Assembly: GCA_965237675.1 (NCBI GenBank)
Contig: OZ250150.1
Location: 1,696,001 to 1,760,000 of the forward strand
DNA: 64,000 bases
Direction: 5' to 3'
Origin: Candidatus Latescibacterota bacterium
Lineage (GTDB): Bacteria > Latescibacterota > UBA2968 > GCA-2709665
The notes under the pieces were generated by a model. It ran no database searches and was not told where the DNA came from. It worked only from the letters and a program-made list of their open reading frames with translations. Position 1 is the stretch's first letter; the number at the start of each line of letters is the position of its first letter. The translations under genes and the position numbers were made by a program. This document shows positions 28,453 to 37,955 of the stretch, one piece after another.

Positions 28453-31400
28453 ATGGGCGGGCACAGGATTGTTGAAGTGAAGCCGATGTCGCTGGAGATT
28501 CCGTTCGACGCGCGGGCTGTGGAGGTGGTGGCCGGTGGCGGAGACGCTCAGCAGGCCGCTGCCCTGCGCATCGCAGGAGCGTTGGCGCGGGCGTGCGGTT
28601 CGGAGGTCGTGGTGGCGGACGATTCGGCGTACGCCGCGTGGGATATCCGGCCGGAACGCCACGCGATTCTCGTGGGCAGCCTGGGGGACAACCGGGGGAT
28701 CGAGTACCTCTACTATCGATGGTTGACATTCGTGGACGGGTCCTATCCGGGTCGAGGGGGGTACGTGCTGACCACGGTCCGGGACCCGTGGGGGACGGGT
28801 CATAACGCGCTCGTGGTGGGAGCCGCGGACGAGGTGGGCCTGGATGCGGCTGTTGCACGCCTGACAAACGCTATCGCAGCAGCAGACGGGGGCATTCCCG
28901 GGCTTTACGAAGTGGTCTATGGGTCATCCCGGCCAGAGGAGGTGGCCGACGTGGCGCGCTGGGCAAGTGTGGGTCCCACCCCCGAAGGGTGGGTTTACGA
29001 TTTCACGGGATACGGGGGCCTGTCGCACGTTCCGTCGGCGGCGTGGGCATATGTGCGGAGTGGAGACACAAGAATCGCGGAGGGACTGAAACAGGGACTG
29101 ATGGCATTGATGGAGACGCCCGTTCTGCACACGCCCGAAAGCCAGCTTCACCTGGGATTCTGGCCGGTGATGATGATGTGGCCGATCGTGGAGACGTCTC
29201 CCGTGTTTTCCGAACCGGACCGGCTGAAGATCGTCCGGTTTCTGTACAATGTGCTGGTGTCACCCGAAGGGTCCGGGAACAGAGGGTTGAGGCATACGGC
29301 CGGGTCGGAGCTGCCGCGCCAGAACCACCAGACGCGGTGCGCGCTGGGCGTGCTGTTCGGGTCGATTTATTTTGAGCGGCACTATCATCTTCCCGAAGCT
29401 CGGGAATGGCGTGCGCTTGTTGACGAGCTGTTCCGTATCGGCGCCTATTGTTCCAAACAGATCTGCGACGACAACGCCCACGGGTGGAACCAGAGCATCG
29501 GGGATTTCGCGACCTATGCCCTGCTGACGGGGAATACGGTGTTTTTCGACAATGGAATGGCGCGCCTGGCAGCGGACCGCGCAGTGGGGAACTGTACGAG
29601 CAACGGGTTTGCCGCTACCATAGGAGACGGAGACGTGAAGTCGTATCCGAACGGGTTCCTGGCCCAGGTGTCCTTCTATCTGCGGGATGCCGGGCTGCGC
29701 TATGCCCTGGAAAATATGGCGCCCGAGATTGCACCCTCCGGCGGCCTGATGCCGTGCCGACAGCTCTACGATGCGGGGGTGGAGGTGGCGCCGCCCAGCG
29801 ATCAGGTTGGAACGCGCGTGTTTCCGCTGGACCGGCTGTATTACGATATTCCCAAGCATTCTCCCGGCGCGGTTGCGCTCAGGCCTCCGGGCGTGCCGTA
29901 TGGGCAGACGTTCGATATTCTGACAATGCGGAGCGGGTGGGAGAAGACGTCACAGTATCTGATCCTGGACGGCACGGGCGGAGGGTCGCATTCCTACGAG
30001 GACGCCAATGCCATTCTCACACTCACGCAGGACGACCGGTTTCTGCTGCTGTCCGCGGACCAGCTTTATTTTACCGCGCCCAAGTATCACAATATGGTGA
30101 CGGTGACACGGAACGGGCTGGGGGAGGAACTTCCAAGCTACTGCCGGGTGGACGGGAAGGCGGATCTGCAGACGTTCGGATTCTCCGCGACGACGCTTCC
30201 GGACTATGTGGGTATGGACTGGACGCGGGTGCTGCTGTGGAAAAAGGGGGACTTTTTCCTGGTGGTCGACCGGCTGGTGGCGAAGGAGAGGGCAACGTAC
30301 AGCGGTATGTGCCGCTGGTTCAGTCTGGGACAGCCGGAGCTGTCGGATCATGCATGTATTTTCCACCAGAGTGAGTGGAAGGGCAGCCGGACCGATTTTG
30401 TGGTTCAGAATCTGTCGGGACAGGCCTGCCGCACCCAGGAGGCGTTCTACGGCCCCACGGCGTCGTGGAAGTCGGGCTATGATCCTGAGCTCGGCGAGCA
30501 ATTGAGAACGGACCGGACGCTGCTTAGGGAGCTGGATCAGAGCCAGAGCGCCGTGCTGGAAGCGGGTGAGGCGCTGCGTTTTGTGAACTTGCTTTACGCC
30601 CGGTCCGGGGACCGGGTTGGAGACCGGCTCGAAGCGCAGTGCAACGCGTCGGGATGGATGCAGGTGAAAGCGCCGGAAGGGACATTTGCTATTTGTACAG
30701 GCGAGGTTCGGGGTGATGGCCTGCGCGCGGTGTGTGACGTGCTGGCGGTCTGGCGCGAGGGGGTTTTTGCGGCGAACTGCACGGCGTTGAAAGTTGGCGG
30801 GCTATCGGTTCAGTTTTCCAGGCCGTGCGGTGTGGAGGTGGATGCATCGGGCAGGCTTGAGGTGGACGCCGCAGAAGACCTGGCGGTTCTGTGGCGGGTT
30901 GAGGGCGGGGCGTCGGGGGAGTGCGAACTGGACGGCGGAGTCGTTCATACGCTGAATATCGGGTCCGTTGCCCTGCCCGATCCGGAGGATCTGTTCGATG
31001 CAGTGGGCGGACAGGAGGCGGTTGCCCCGGCGCGGCCAGGTCTAACGGCAGCGCCGCAGTCCGCGTGGACGGCGCAGGGAAGAGGGCGAATCAATGCTCT
31101 GCATATCGCGGAAGGGGATGTGGTGCTGGCCGCGTGTGAGGGAGACGCGCTGGTGGCCTTCGGGTTGGACGGAGCGTCCGCGTGGACTCTTGAGACGGGT
31201 AGTCCGGTCAATACGGTCCACACCGGGGTGCTGTGCGAGGGGGACCCCGCCCGGATCGTTCTGGGATGCGAGGACACGTTCGTGCGCGCGCTGGATTCCG
31301 CCACCCGCGAGGAGATCTGGCGGTATCATCCCGAATACGGCAACCAGTACTGGGACTACTGGTCCTGGTACAAATCGAGTATCAAACGCGTGTGGGTGGA

Positions 31401-32127
31401 AGACCTGGACGGCGACGGGAGCGGTGAGGTGGTTGTAACCCCTGGAAATATGCGGCTGCACCTGGTCGACGCCGCGGGGAATGAAAGGTGGGAGTACCGT
31501 ACGGACCACGGGACGTTTCTGACCTTTGAGACGTACGATCTGGATGGGGATGGGCAGAAGGAGATTGTGGGGGGGTGCGATATCCTGTCGTCGGGGAGTG
31601 TCTGCCGCGTGATCGGTATGGACGGACTGCAGAAGCATGCATTTTCCAATGCGGGATGGACATCGCAGGTGAAGGATGTGCTGATCGCGGACCTGGACGG
31701 CGACGGCAAGGTGGAGGTGGCCTGCGCGGTCAACCGGCAGGAGAACCTGAGGGTGCACAGCTTTGCTGAGAAGGCGAGGCGCTGGGGCCACTGCCTGGGC
31801 GAGGTGCCGGCGGGGCTGGCGCTTCTGGCCGGTTCCGGAGGAAAGGTCCTTTTTGCAGCTACGGAAGGGTCGACGGCAATCGGCTTTGGCCCGGAGGGTA
31901 CGCCGCTGTGGACTGTGGACGTGGCCCCCGGAGCGGCACGGGTCGTCCGCACGGGGAGTACAGCTGCTGTGGTGTGCGTGGACGGCCGCGTTCTGCGGGT
32001 GAATGGCGACGGGGAGACGGCGTTGATGGGGGTTCTGCCCGCGGGTGCGACCGCCTCGGCGTTTGTGGAGGGATGGCTGGTGCTGGGGTGTGAGGACGGC
32101 TCGATTGTCGCGTACTCCACGTTGTGA
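28453..32127 (+). CDS. Large heparinase II/III-like protein with C-terminal beta-propeller (paralog 2)
   Basis: Same architecture as paralog 1: YPGRGGY...DPWGTGHN, VETSPVFS, QNHQT, TIGD, SHSYEDAN, YHN, LVVDRL and DLDGDG repeats. Confidence 0.78.
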   Translation: MGGHRIVEVKPMSLEIPFDARAVEVVAGGGDAQQAAALRIAGALARACGSEVVVADDSAYAAWDIRPERHAILVGSLGDNRGIEYLYYRWLTFVDGSYPGRGGYVLTTVRDPWGTGHNALVVGAADEVGLDAAVARLTNAIAAADGGIPGLYEVVYGSSRPEEVADVARWASVGPTPEGWVYDFTGYGGLSHVPSAAWAYVRSGDTRIAEGLKQGLMALMETPVLHTPESQLHLGFWPVMMMWPIVETSPVFSEPDRLKIVRFLYNVLVSPEGSGNRGLRHTAGSELPRQNHQTRCALGVLFGSIYFERHYHLPEAREWRALVDELFRIGAYCSKQICDDNAHGWNQSIGDFATYALLTGNTVFFDNGMARLAADRAVGNCTSNGFAATIGDGDVKSYPNGFLAQVSFYLRDAGLRYALENMAPEIAPSGGLMPCRQLYDAGVEVAPPSDQVGTRVFPLDRLYYDIPKHSPGAVALRPPGVPYGQTFDILTMRSGWEKTSQYLILDGTGGGSHSYEDANAILTLTQDDRFLLLSADQLYFTAPKYHNMVTVTRNGLGEELPSYCRVDGKADLQTFGFSATTLPDYVGMDWTRVLLWKKGDFFLVVDRLVAKERATYSGMCRWFSLGQPELSDHACIFHQSEWKGSRTDFVVQNLSGQACRTQEAFYGPTASWKSGYDPELGEQLRTDRTLLRELDQSQSAVLEAGEALRFVNLLYARSGDRVGDRLEAQCNASGWMQVKAPEGTFAICTGEVRGDGLRAVCDVLAVWREGVFAANCTALKVGGLSVQFSRPCGVEVDASGRLEVDAAEDLAVLWRVEGGASGECELDGGVVHTLNIGSVALPDPEDLFDAVGGQEAVAPARPGLTAAPQSAWTAQGRGRINALHIAEGDVVLAACEGDALVAFGLDGASAWTLETGSPVNTVHTGVLCEGDPARIVLGCEDTFVRALDSATREEIWRYHPEYGNQYWDYWSWYKSSIKRVWVEDLDGDGSGEVVVTPGNMRLHLVDAAGNERWEYRTDHGTFLTFETYDLDGDGQKEIVGGCDILSSGSVCRVIGMDGLQKHAFSNAGWTSQVKDVLIADLDGDGKVEVACAVNRQENLRVHSFAEKARRWGHCLGEVPAGLALLAGSGGKVLFAATEGSTAIGFGPEGTPLWTVDVAPGAARVVRTGSTAAVVCVDGRVLRVNGDGETALMGVLPAGATASAFVEGWLVLGCEDGSIVAYSTL

Positions 32128-32197
32128 TAGCGGTCGGTGGCAGGACGAAGGTGACGGTCGGCTCCGAATTTTAGGGACTGAGGAGGGAGTCGGAGAG

Positions 32198-34936
32198 ATG
32201 CTGCGAATTTTCTTTTTGTTCCTTTCCTGCCTTTTGTGGATCGAACGACCCGCGCTCGCCCTGCCGGACGATCCGTCGACGAGCGATCTTATCCGGGAAG
32301 AAGTGCTCTTTTCAGCAGAGGGTGAAGCGCTGAAACAGGTGGCTTCAGGGGGGTTCGATCTGGTGCAGCGGGAGGTGGGTACGGTAGTTCGCACTCTGAC
32401 GGCGGATTTCGCGTTAACGTTCGAGCCGGAACTGATGCCGGGGATCTACCGCCTGAGCGTTCTCTGTTCCGCCCCGACCACGTCGACCGATTCGTTCTGG
32501 CTGGAAGTGAAAGGCGAGCGTCTGCCGCACCCGATCGTGTTGCCCAGGGGCGCGTACGGGGAGGCGTACCGCGCGTTTCGGCTGGATGTGCAAGGAAAAA
32601 CGAACATACGCCTTGTGCTGCGGGAGCGGCCCGGTGTCAGCGTGGCTCGCCTGAAGCTCACGCATTTGACGGTACAGGTCGATGCGGCATCGGTGATCCG
32701 GCCGGCCCTGGCGGAGGAGCGCCCGCGTCTGTTTATGACGCGGTGGGACGCCGAGCGTTTGCGCAACGCACAACGCAGCGCGGCCGGCCAGCGGCTCTAT
32801 CGCCGGCCGGGGATGTTGAGGGGCACGCCGCCTCCCCCATCGGGTCCGCCAAAGCGCGCGGGGTGGGCGTGGAGGATGGAGAGCCAGGCGATTCCCTGTC
32901 TGCTCTCCAATTCGCCGGATGCGACCGAGCGTTTCGAGGCTATCCGGCGCCACATACTCGCGATCTGTACATACGATAAGTGGCTTCCGGACGGCTGGTC
33001 GCACAGCACACCGGATCTGGACCTGGACGCGGCCTATATGATCCACGGGACCGCGATTGCCTACGACTGGCTTTACAACTGGTTCACCGACGAGGAGCGG
33101 CGGATCATCCGGGAGAAGCTGGCGTACCAGGCCCGGCTCATGTTCGAGGCGTCCTTTATGGAGCGGATGTACTGGGCGCGCACGGTGCAGCAGAACCACT
33201 ACTGGTTCGATAATTACGCCATCGGCGTGGCCGGCGCAGCGCTTTACGGCGAGGTCCCCGAGGCCGAGGTGTGGATGGCCTGGAGCTGGGACCGCCTGCA
33301 GGGGACGCTGAAGACCTTTGCGGAGGACGGGGGGTTCCACGAGGGACCTGCCTACTGGAACTTCTCCGTGGGGTCGCTGTTTCGATGGATCGACCTGTAT
33401 GAGCATACAACGGGGCAGACCATCGCCCATGCGGACGCGTGGCTGAGAAAGACAGGCTATTTTCCGATCCATTACGTGTATCCCGATCTGCGTTCCGGCG
33501 CGGCGATCGAAGATACGTTTCGGCCCGGGGTTGTACCCGCGCTGGAGAGCCTGCTCTGGCTGGCCGGGCGCAATGGCGACGCCCGGCTGTTTCGTGTTGC
33601 CGAGTTGATTCACGCGGGCAGGCAGAGTACCCACTGGTGGACGTTGAAGGCACTGGCCGGGGACATGGGCACGGCGTTCGGACCGTTGGACGACCTGATG
33701 CCGAAGCTGGCCTATTACCCGGATGTGGAGATGTACTTTGCACGGACCTCGTGGCAGCCGGAGGCCACGATGTTGGCGCTTGGCGCGCGGCCTCTGGGGG
33801 GCCACACACTGGCTCGGTTGATCGAGGCGTATCCCTGGATCGGCGGTGTGGGGCACAACCATCCCGCGCAGAACAGCTTTGTGCTTTACGGTAGCGGGAA
33901 GGAGTTGGTGATCGACCCGGGCTATACGCTGAAGAAGGAAACGGCGAACCACAATACGGTTCTGGTGGACGGGCAGGGGCAGTACGGCGATGGAGAGCGG
34001 TGGCAGCGCTGGTATCCGGGATGGGCGCACATCGGGTACGCTTCCACGCAGTTTCCCTATGTGCGGGGGGAAGCGGCATCGGCGTACCCGCCCCAGTTGG
34101 GTCTGAAGCGCTTTACGCGCCAGATATTGATGGTGGACCGCCAGCGGGTCTTGATTGCCGATCACCTGGAGGCGGAACGACCGCGGCGGTTCACGTGGCT
34201 GCTGCATTTCGATGAGGACGCGGAGATAGTGTCGGCGGGCGAGGGGCGGTTTGCAGCGACTTACGAAGGCGCTTCGCTGCAGGTCGATATCCTGACCCCC
34301 GCGGGCATGGTCGCACGGATCGACCGCTACGAGCCGACGTGGAACAATATCCTTCGGCCTGACTATCACCCCCGGATCGGACAGCTCGCATTGACGACCG
34401 GTCCGGTAACGGCCACGCCGATAGTGGCCGCGTTGGGCCTCGACCCCGCGGCGGCGCGTCCGGCGCTGGAGATCAGGCCCCGCGTCCTGCTGGTGACGTT
34501 TGCGGACAGTACCCGCGTGGGTTTCAATCGAACGGGCGACGTGGTCACGGTGGATGGGCTCGAGACCGACGGGCGCGCCGTGGTGATCGCGCTGGATGAA
34601 ACCGGGGGACGCAGGGCCCGGGTTCTGGACATGCTTCGGTATCGCGACGGGTCCGGTCGGTTGCGCGACTTCTCGGAGGGCGAGGGAGAATTCGTCCTGA
34701 CGGACGGGGTCTGGCTGCCGACTTTCCAGGAGGGGCCCGTTGCGTTGCGGGGGGACTTCGACGGGAACGGTACGGTGGGTTTCAGCGACTTCGTGGCGTT
34801 CGCGCAGGGGTTCGGGTCCCGCGCCGGGACGGCGGGATGGGACGCCAGGTTCGACCTGAACGGCGACGGCGACGTGGGCTTTCAGGATTTCCTCATCCTT
34901 GCGGCTCAATTTGGACGGCGTGGTTACGGGGATTGA
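32198..34936 (+). CDS. Secreted DUF4962-like/heparinase II/III-like lyase with C-terminal dockerin-like (double EF-hand) module
   Basis: Signal peptide MLRIFFLFLSCLLWIERPALA. Motifs RPRLF, AIAYDWLY, QQNHYW, HEGPAYW, HNHPAQNSF...IDPGY...TANHNT. C-terminal GDFDGNGTVGFSDF...FDLNGDGDVGFQDF. Confidence 0.85.
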   Translation: MLRIFFLFLSCLLWIERPALALPDDPSTSDLIREEVLFSAEGEALKQVASGGFDLVQREVGTVVRTLTADFALTFEPELMPGIYRLSVLCSAPTTSTDSFWLEVKGERLPHPIVLPRGAYGEAYRAFRLDVQGKTNIRLVLRERPGVSVARLKLTHLTVQVDAASVIRPALAEERPRLFMTRWDAERLRNAQRSAAGQRLYRRPGMLRGTPPPPSGPPKRAGWAWRMESQAIPCLLSNSPDATERFEAIRRHILAICTYDKWLPDGWSHSTPDLDLDAAYMIHGTAIAYDWLYNWFTDEERRIIREKLAYQARLMFEASFMERMYWARTVQQNHYWFDNYAIGVAGAALYGEVPEAEVWMAWSWDRLQGTLKTFAEDGGFHEGPAYWNFSVGSLFRWIDLYEHTTGQTIAHADAWLRKTGYFPIHYVYPDLRSGAAIEDTFRPGVVPALESLLWLAGRNGDARLFRVAELIHAGRQSTHWWTLKALAGDMGTAFGPLDDLMPKLAYYPDVEMYFARTSWQPEATMLALGARPLGGHTLARLIEAYPWIGGVGHNHPAQNSFVLYGSGKELVIDPGYTLKKETANHNTVLVDGQGQYGDGERWQRWYPGWAHIGYASTQFPYVRGEAASAYPPQLGLKRFTRQILMVDRQRVLIADHLEAERPRRFTWLLHFDEDAEIVSAGEGRFAATYEGASLQVDILTPAGMVARIDRYEPTWNNILRPDYHPRIGQLALTTGPVTATPIVAALGLDPAAARPALEIRPRVLLVTFADSTRVGFNRTGDVVTVDGLETDGRAVVIALDETGGRRARVLDMLRYRDGSGRLRDFSEGEGEFVLTDGVWLPTFQEGPVALRGDFDGNGTVGFSDFVAFAQGFGSRAGTAGWDARFDLNGDGDVGFQDFLILAAQFGRRGYGD

Positions 34937-35071
34937 CCGTGGATCGTGCGGTTCCACGATACGCGACAAGGAAGCCAATATTTCCGTGCGACCCGGCGCC
35001 CGAATTCCCGCAACCTGTTTCCGGGACAATACACTCATGGTTCTTTCTTCAGGTGCAGGAGGTGGACTGAA

Positions 35072-36106
35072 TTGTTCGAACTCGTTGTTTCGGTAAGCAC
35101 CGTAATTGTCGTCTCAGCAATCTGCTCTCTTTTCGAGGCGGTACTCTACGCCGTTCCCGTCAGCTACATTGAAAGCCTCTCCCAGAGGGGTGGCGTCTCC
35201 GGCAGGATCTTGAAGAACCTGCGTATGCAGAATGTGGATCGTCCCATTTCGGCCATCCTTTCCCTGAATACCATTGCGAATACCGGCGGCGCTTTTGTGG
35301 CCGGCGCGGCGTTTATCAAGGTTTTCGGAGGGCAGTGGGAGCATTATTTCACCATTTTTATCACACTGTCCGTCCTGGTCCTCTCGGAAGTCATCCCCAA
35401 GACCATAGGCGTGGTCTATAATCGATCCCTGGCGAAATTTATCGCGATTCCAGTCCAACTCCTGGTCTGGGTCTTATTTCCCTTTGTCGAGATGTGCCGG
35501 CTGGTGACCCGGACGTTTTCAAAGGGCCGGGCAAGCCAGGAGGTCTCCGAGGAAGAGATCACCGTTATGGCGCGTATGGGTCGACGGACCGGGGCCATAC
35601 AGCCGGATGAAGCACGCGTCATGCAGAACATCCTTTCTCTCAAACGCAAGACCGCGAGGGACGTGATGACACCGCGAACGGTCGTATTCGCGCTGAGCGC
35701 CGATCTGACCGTGGAACAGGCCCAGAAAGAGGCGGGCGTCTGGCCGTACAGCCGCGTTCCCGTTTACGAGAATGAATTCGAGGATTTGATCGGCGTCGTG
35801 ATGCGTCGCGATGCATTCAATGCGTTGACGGATGGGCGTGGGCAAACGCCTATCTCGGAACTGATGCATCCGGTTCACTTTGTAACCGAGACGGTCTCGC
35901 TGGACCGCGTTCTCGAGATGTTCCTGGTACGCAAGCAGCACCTCTTTGCGGTGATCGACGAATATGGCGGGCTGGCCGGGATCCTCACGCTGGAAGACGT
36001 GCTGGAAGAGATTCTGGGCAGGGAGATCGTGGATGAGTCCGATACCGTCACGGACATGCGGGAACTCGCGCGTCGCCGCCGCCGGCAGGTTGCTGAGGGC
36101 GAGTAA
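35072..36106 (+). CDS. CNNM/DUF21 + CBS-pair membrane protein (hemolysin/CorC-like)
   Basis: Motifs SAICSLFEA, AILSLNTIANT, SEVIPKTIG, DVMTPRT, YSRVPVY, VIDEYGGLAGILTLEDVLEEILG. Likely TTG start at 35072 after AGGAGG. Confidence 0.9.
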   Translation: MFELVVSVSTVIVVSAICSLFEAVLYAVPVSYIESLSQRGGVSGRILKNLRMQNVDRPISAILSLNTIANTGGAFVAGAAFIKVFGGQWEHYFTIFITLSVLVLSEVIPKTIGVVYNRSLAKFIAIPVQLLVWVLFPFVEMCRLVTRTFSKGRASQEVSEEEITVMARMGRRTGAIQPDEARVMQNILSLKRKTARDVMTPRTVVFALSADLTVEQAQKEAGVWPYSRVPVYENEFEDLIGVVMRRDAFNALTDGRGQTPISELMHPVHFVTETVSLDRVLEMFLVRKQHLFAVIDEYGGLAGILTLEDVLEEILGREIVDESDTVTDMRELARRRRRQVAEGE

Positions 36107-36220
36107 CCGTTACCTCGACCGAGAGTGTCGGGGGCGCCTGGACACGGATTTCCGGTTGGTGCGGAAATCGCTGTGAGTTTTTTTCGGCGCCATGCGCTTG
36201 AACTATTCGGGAGGATGTGA

Positions 36221-37492
36221 GTGGCGGCCAGACAGTTAGAGCTCTTCGACCGGCCTGACATGTCAAAAGGACGACTATCTTACGACGATTTCCTGGACGA
36301 AATTGAGAGTTTCGCCGAATTCCACAAGGAAACAGCAATCCTCGAATTCCCCGATTCGGACTTCGATATTCCTGTCTATGTCAATGAGTTCTGGACATCC
36401 AAACAGAGGGCGGCCCACTCGCTTCACGAGATCTCGTATCGCGCCTGCTTCAAGCCCCAGTTGCCGCGGTTTTTCGTTGAACGCCTGACTTCTCCCGGCG
36501 ACGTGGTCTACGATCCCTTCCTGGGGCGCGGCACGACCGTCATCGAAGCCGCATTGCTGGGGCGGACGCCCGTGGGGACGGACATCAATCCACTAAGCGA
36601 AATCATCGTGGCGCCGCGGCTCGACCCACCCCCGCTTGCGGCCGTTTCAGAAAGGCTGAAAGGGCTGACGCTTGAGAGCGAATGCGACACGTGGGACGAC
36701 TTGCTGGCGTTCTATCATCCGAATACATTGCGCCAGATAACGAATCTGAGGAAATACCTGCTGGGAAAAGGGGAAGACGGCAGCCTGGACGCGACCGACA
36801 GGTGGATCAGGATGGTGGCGACGAACCGGCTGACGGGTCATTCTTCGGGTTTCTTCTCGGTCTACACGTTGCCGCCGAACCAGGCCGTCACGGTCGAGCG
36901 GCAGCGGAGCATAAATGAGAGCCGAAAGCAGACACCTCCCGAACGGGATGTTCGGGTATCGATCCTGAAGAAATCCGGATCGCTCCTCAGTAAACTGGAA
37001 CAACACGACGCCGAACGGCTGCGCGAGATTTCCCGGATGGCGTTGCTCATCACCGGATCGTCGGACAATACGCCCGGGATTGGGAGCGATTCCGTCAGCC
37101 TTGTCGTCACGTCGCCCCCGTTTCTGGACGTGGTGGACTACCAGACGGACAACTGGTTACGATGCTGGTTCAACGGCATCGACGTGCAAACCGTCGACGT
37201 ATGGCATTACAAGAACCTGGAAGCGTGGCAGGCGGGAATGACGCGGGTATTCGTCGAGCTCAAACGCGTTCTGAAGCCTGGGGGCTATGTCGCATTCGAA
37301 GTCGGTGAAGTCCGCGGCGGGAGAGTCCTCCTTGAAACGCTGGTCGTTCCCGCGGCGTCCGAAGCGGGCCTGGTGCCGCTCATGGTTCTGGTGAATGATC
37401 AGGTGTTCACCAAGACGTCGAACTGCTGGGGCGTGGACAACCTGAAAAAGGGAACCAATACCAACAGGATCGTGCTGCTGAGGAAGTCCTGA
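36221..37492 (+). CDS. Site-specific DNA methyltransferase (N4-cytosine/N6-adenine type), orphan
   Basis: Motif I VYDPFLGRGTT near the N-terminus and catalytic motif IV VVTSPPF near the C-terminus (alpha-type order). Also RVLKPGG. Confidence 0.88.
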   Translation: MAARQLELFDRPDMSKGRLSYDDFLDEIESFAEFHKETAILEFPDSDFDIPVYVNEFWTSKQRAAHSLHEISYRACFKPQLPRFFVERLTSPGDVVYDPFLGRGTTVIEAALLGRTPVGTDINPLSEIIVAPRLDPPPLAAVSERLKGLTLESECDTWDDLLAFYHPNTLRQITNLRKYLLGKGEDGSLDATDRWIRMVATNRLTGHSSGFFSVYTLPPNQAVTVERQRSINESRKQTPPERDVRVSILKKSGSLLSKLEQHDAERLREISRMALLITGSSDNTPGIGSDSVSLVVTSPPFLDVVDYQTDNWLRCWFNGIDVQTVDVWHYKNLEAWQAGMTRVFVELKRVLKPGGYVAFEVGEVRGGRVLLETLVVPAASEAGLVPLMVLVNDQVFTKTSNCWGVDNLKKGTNTNRIVLLRKS

Positions 37493-37608
37493 AGGTGCTT
37501 CGCAGACTACGCTACTTTCGCCCGTTTCATGTCAAAATCGCTGTTTGCAAAGGCGTTACCGCCCTGGCCGATCCCGGCTTTCATATGGACATAAGGAAAG
37601 CCGACGCC

Positions 37609-37776
37609 CTAACAGCCCGTTGAAAAAGTCCATCCGGGCTGCGGCCGGCTCTTGTAGCCGAATTACTGCGTTGCGCTTCCTCCCCGAATCCCCCGATTCG
37701 ACTCGGTCGCGCGCCTTGTCTTCGGTCACAATGGCTCGGCCTCGCCTGCAGAGCAACTTTATCAACGGACTGCTAA
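37609..37776. mobile_element. 160-bp MITE with IS5-like ends and CTAA target duplication
   Basis: CTAA (37609-37612), then CAGCCCGTTGAAAAAGT ... ACTTTATCAACGGACTG (reverse complement CAGTCCGTTGATAAAGT, 15/17), then CTAA (37773-37776). Internal sub-terminal fold-back and no credible ORF. Confidence 0.8.
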
Positions 37777-37955
37777 CCATCTGTCACGAAAAGCAGGATG
37801 GGAGATCAAACGATGAACTGTGACCTGTCTCCGCAGCCATTTTTTCGACAAGCCCTTTAGAGTCAGGAACGGGTCGGAATATCGGCATCACGTTTACCAC
37901 ACCACTCTTTTTAACCGCGTTAGCATCACCGTACTACTGGGGAGGATCGCACCGG

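Noticed and set aside
32414-35038. 874-aa minus-strand ORF (also 46752..48929, 16255..17967, 27199..28803, 25624..27087, 19553..20962)
   Set aside because: These are antisense shadows of well-supported plus-strand genes in GC-rich DNA, Arg/Pro/His-rich with no recognisable motifs.
35072-36106. Hemolysin/toxin interpretation of the CNNM gene
   Set aside because: The DUF21+CBS architecture is the CorB/CNNM metal-homeostasis family, and there is no evidence of toxin function.
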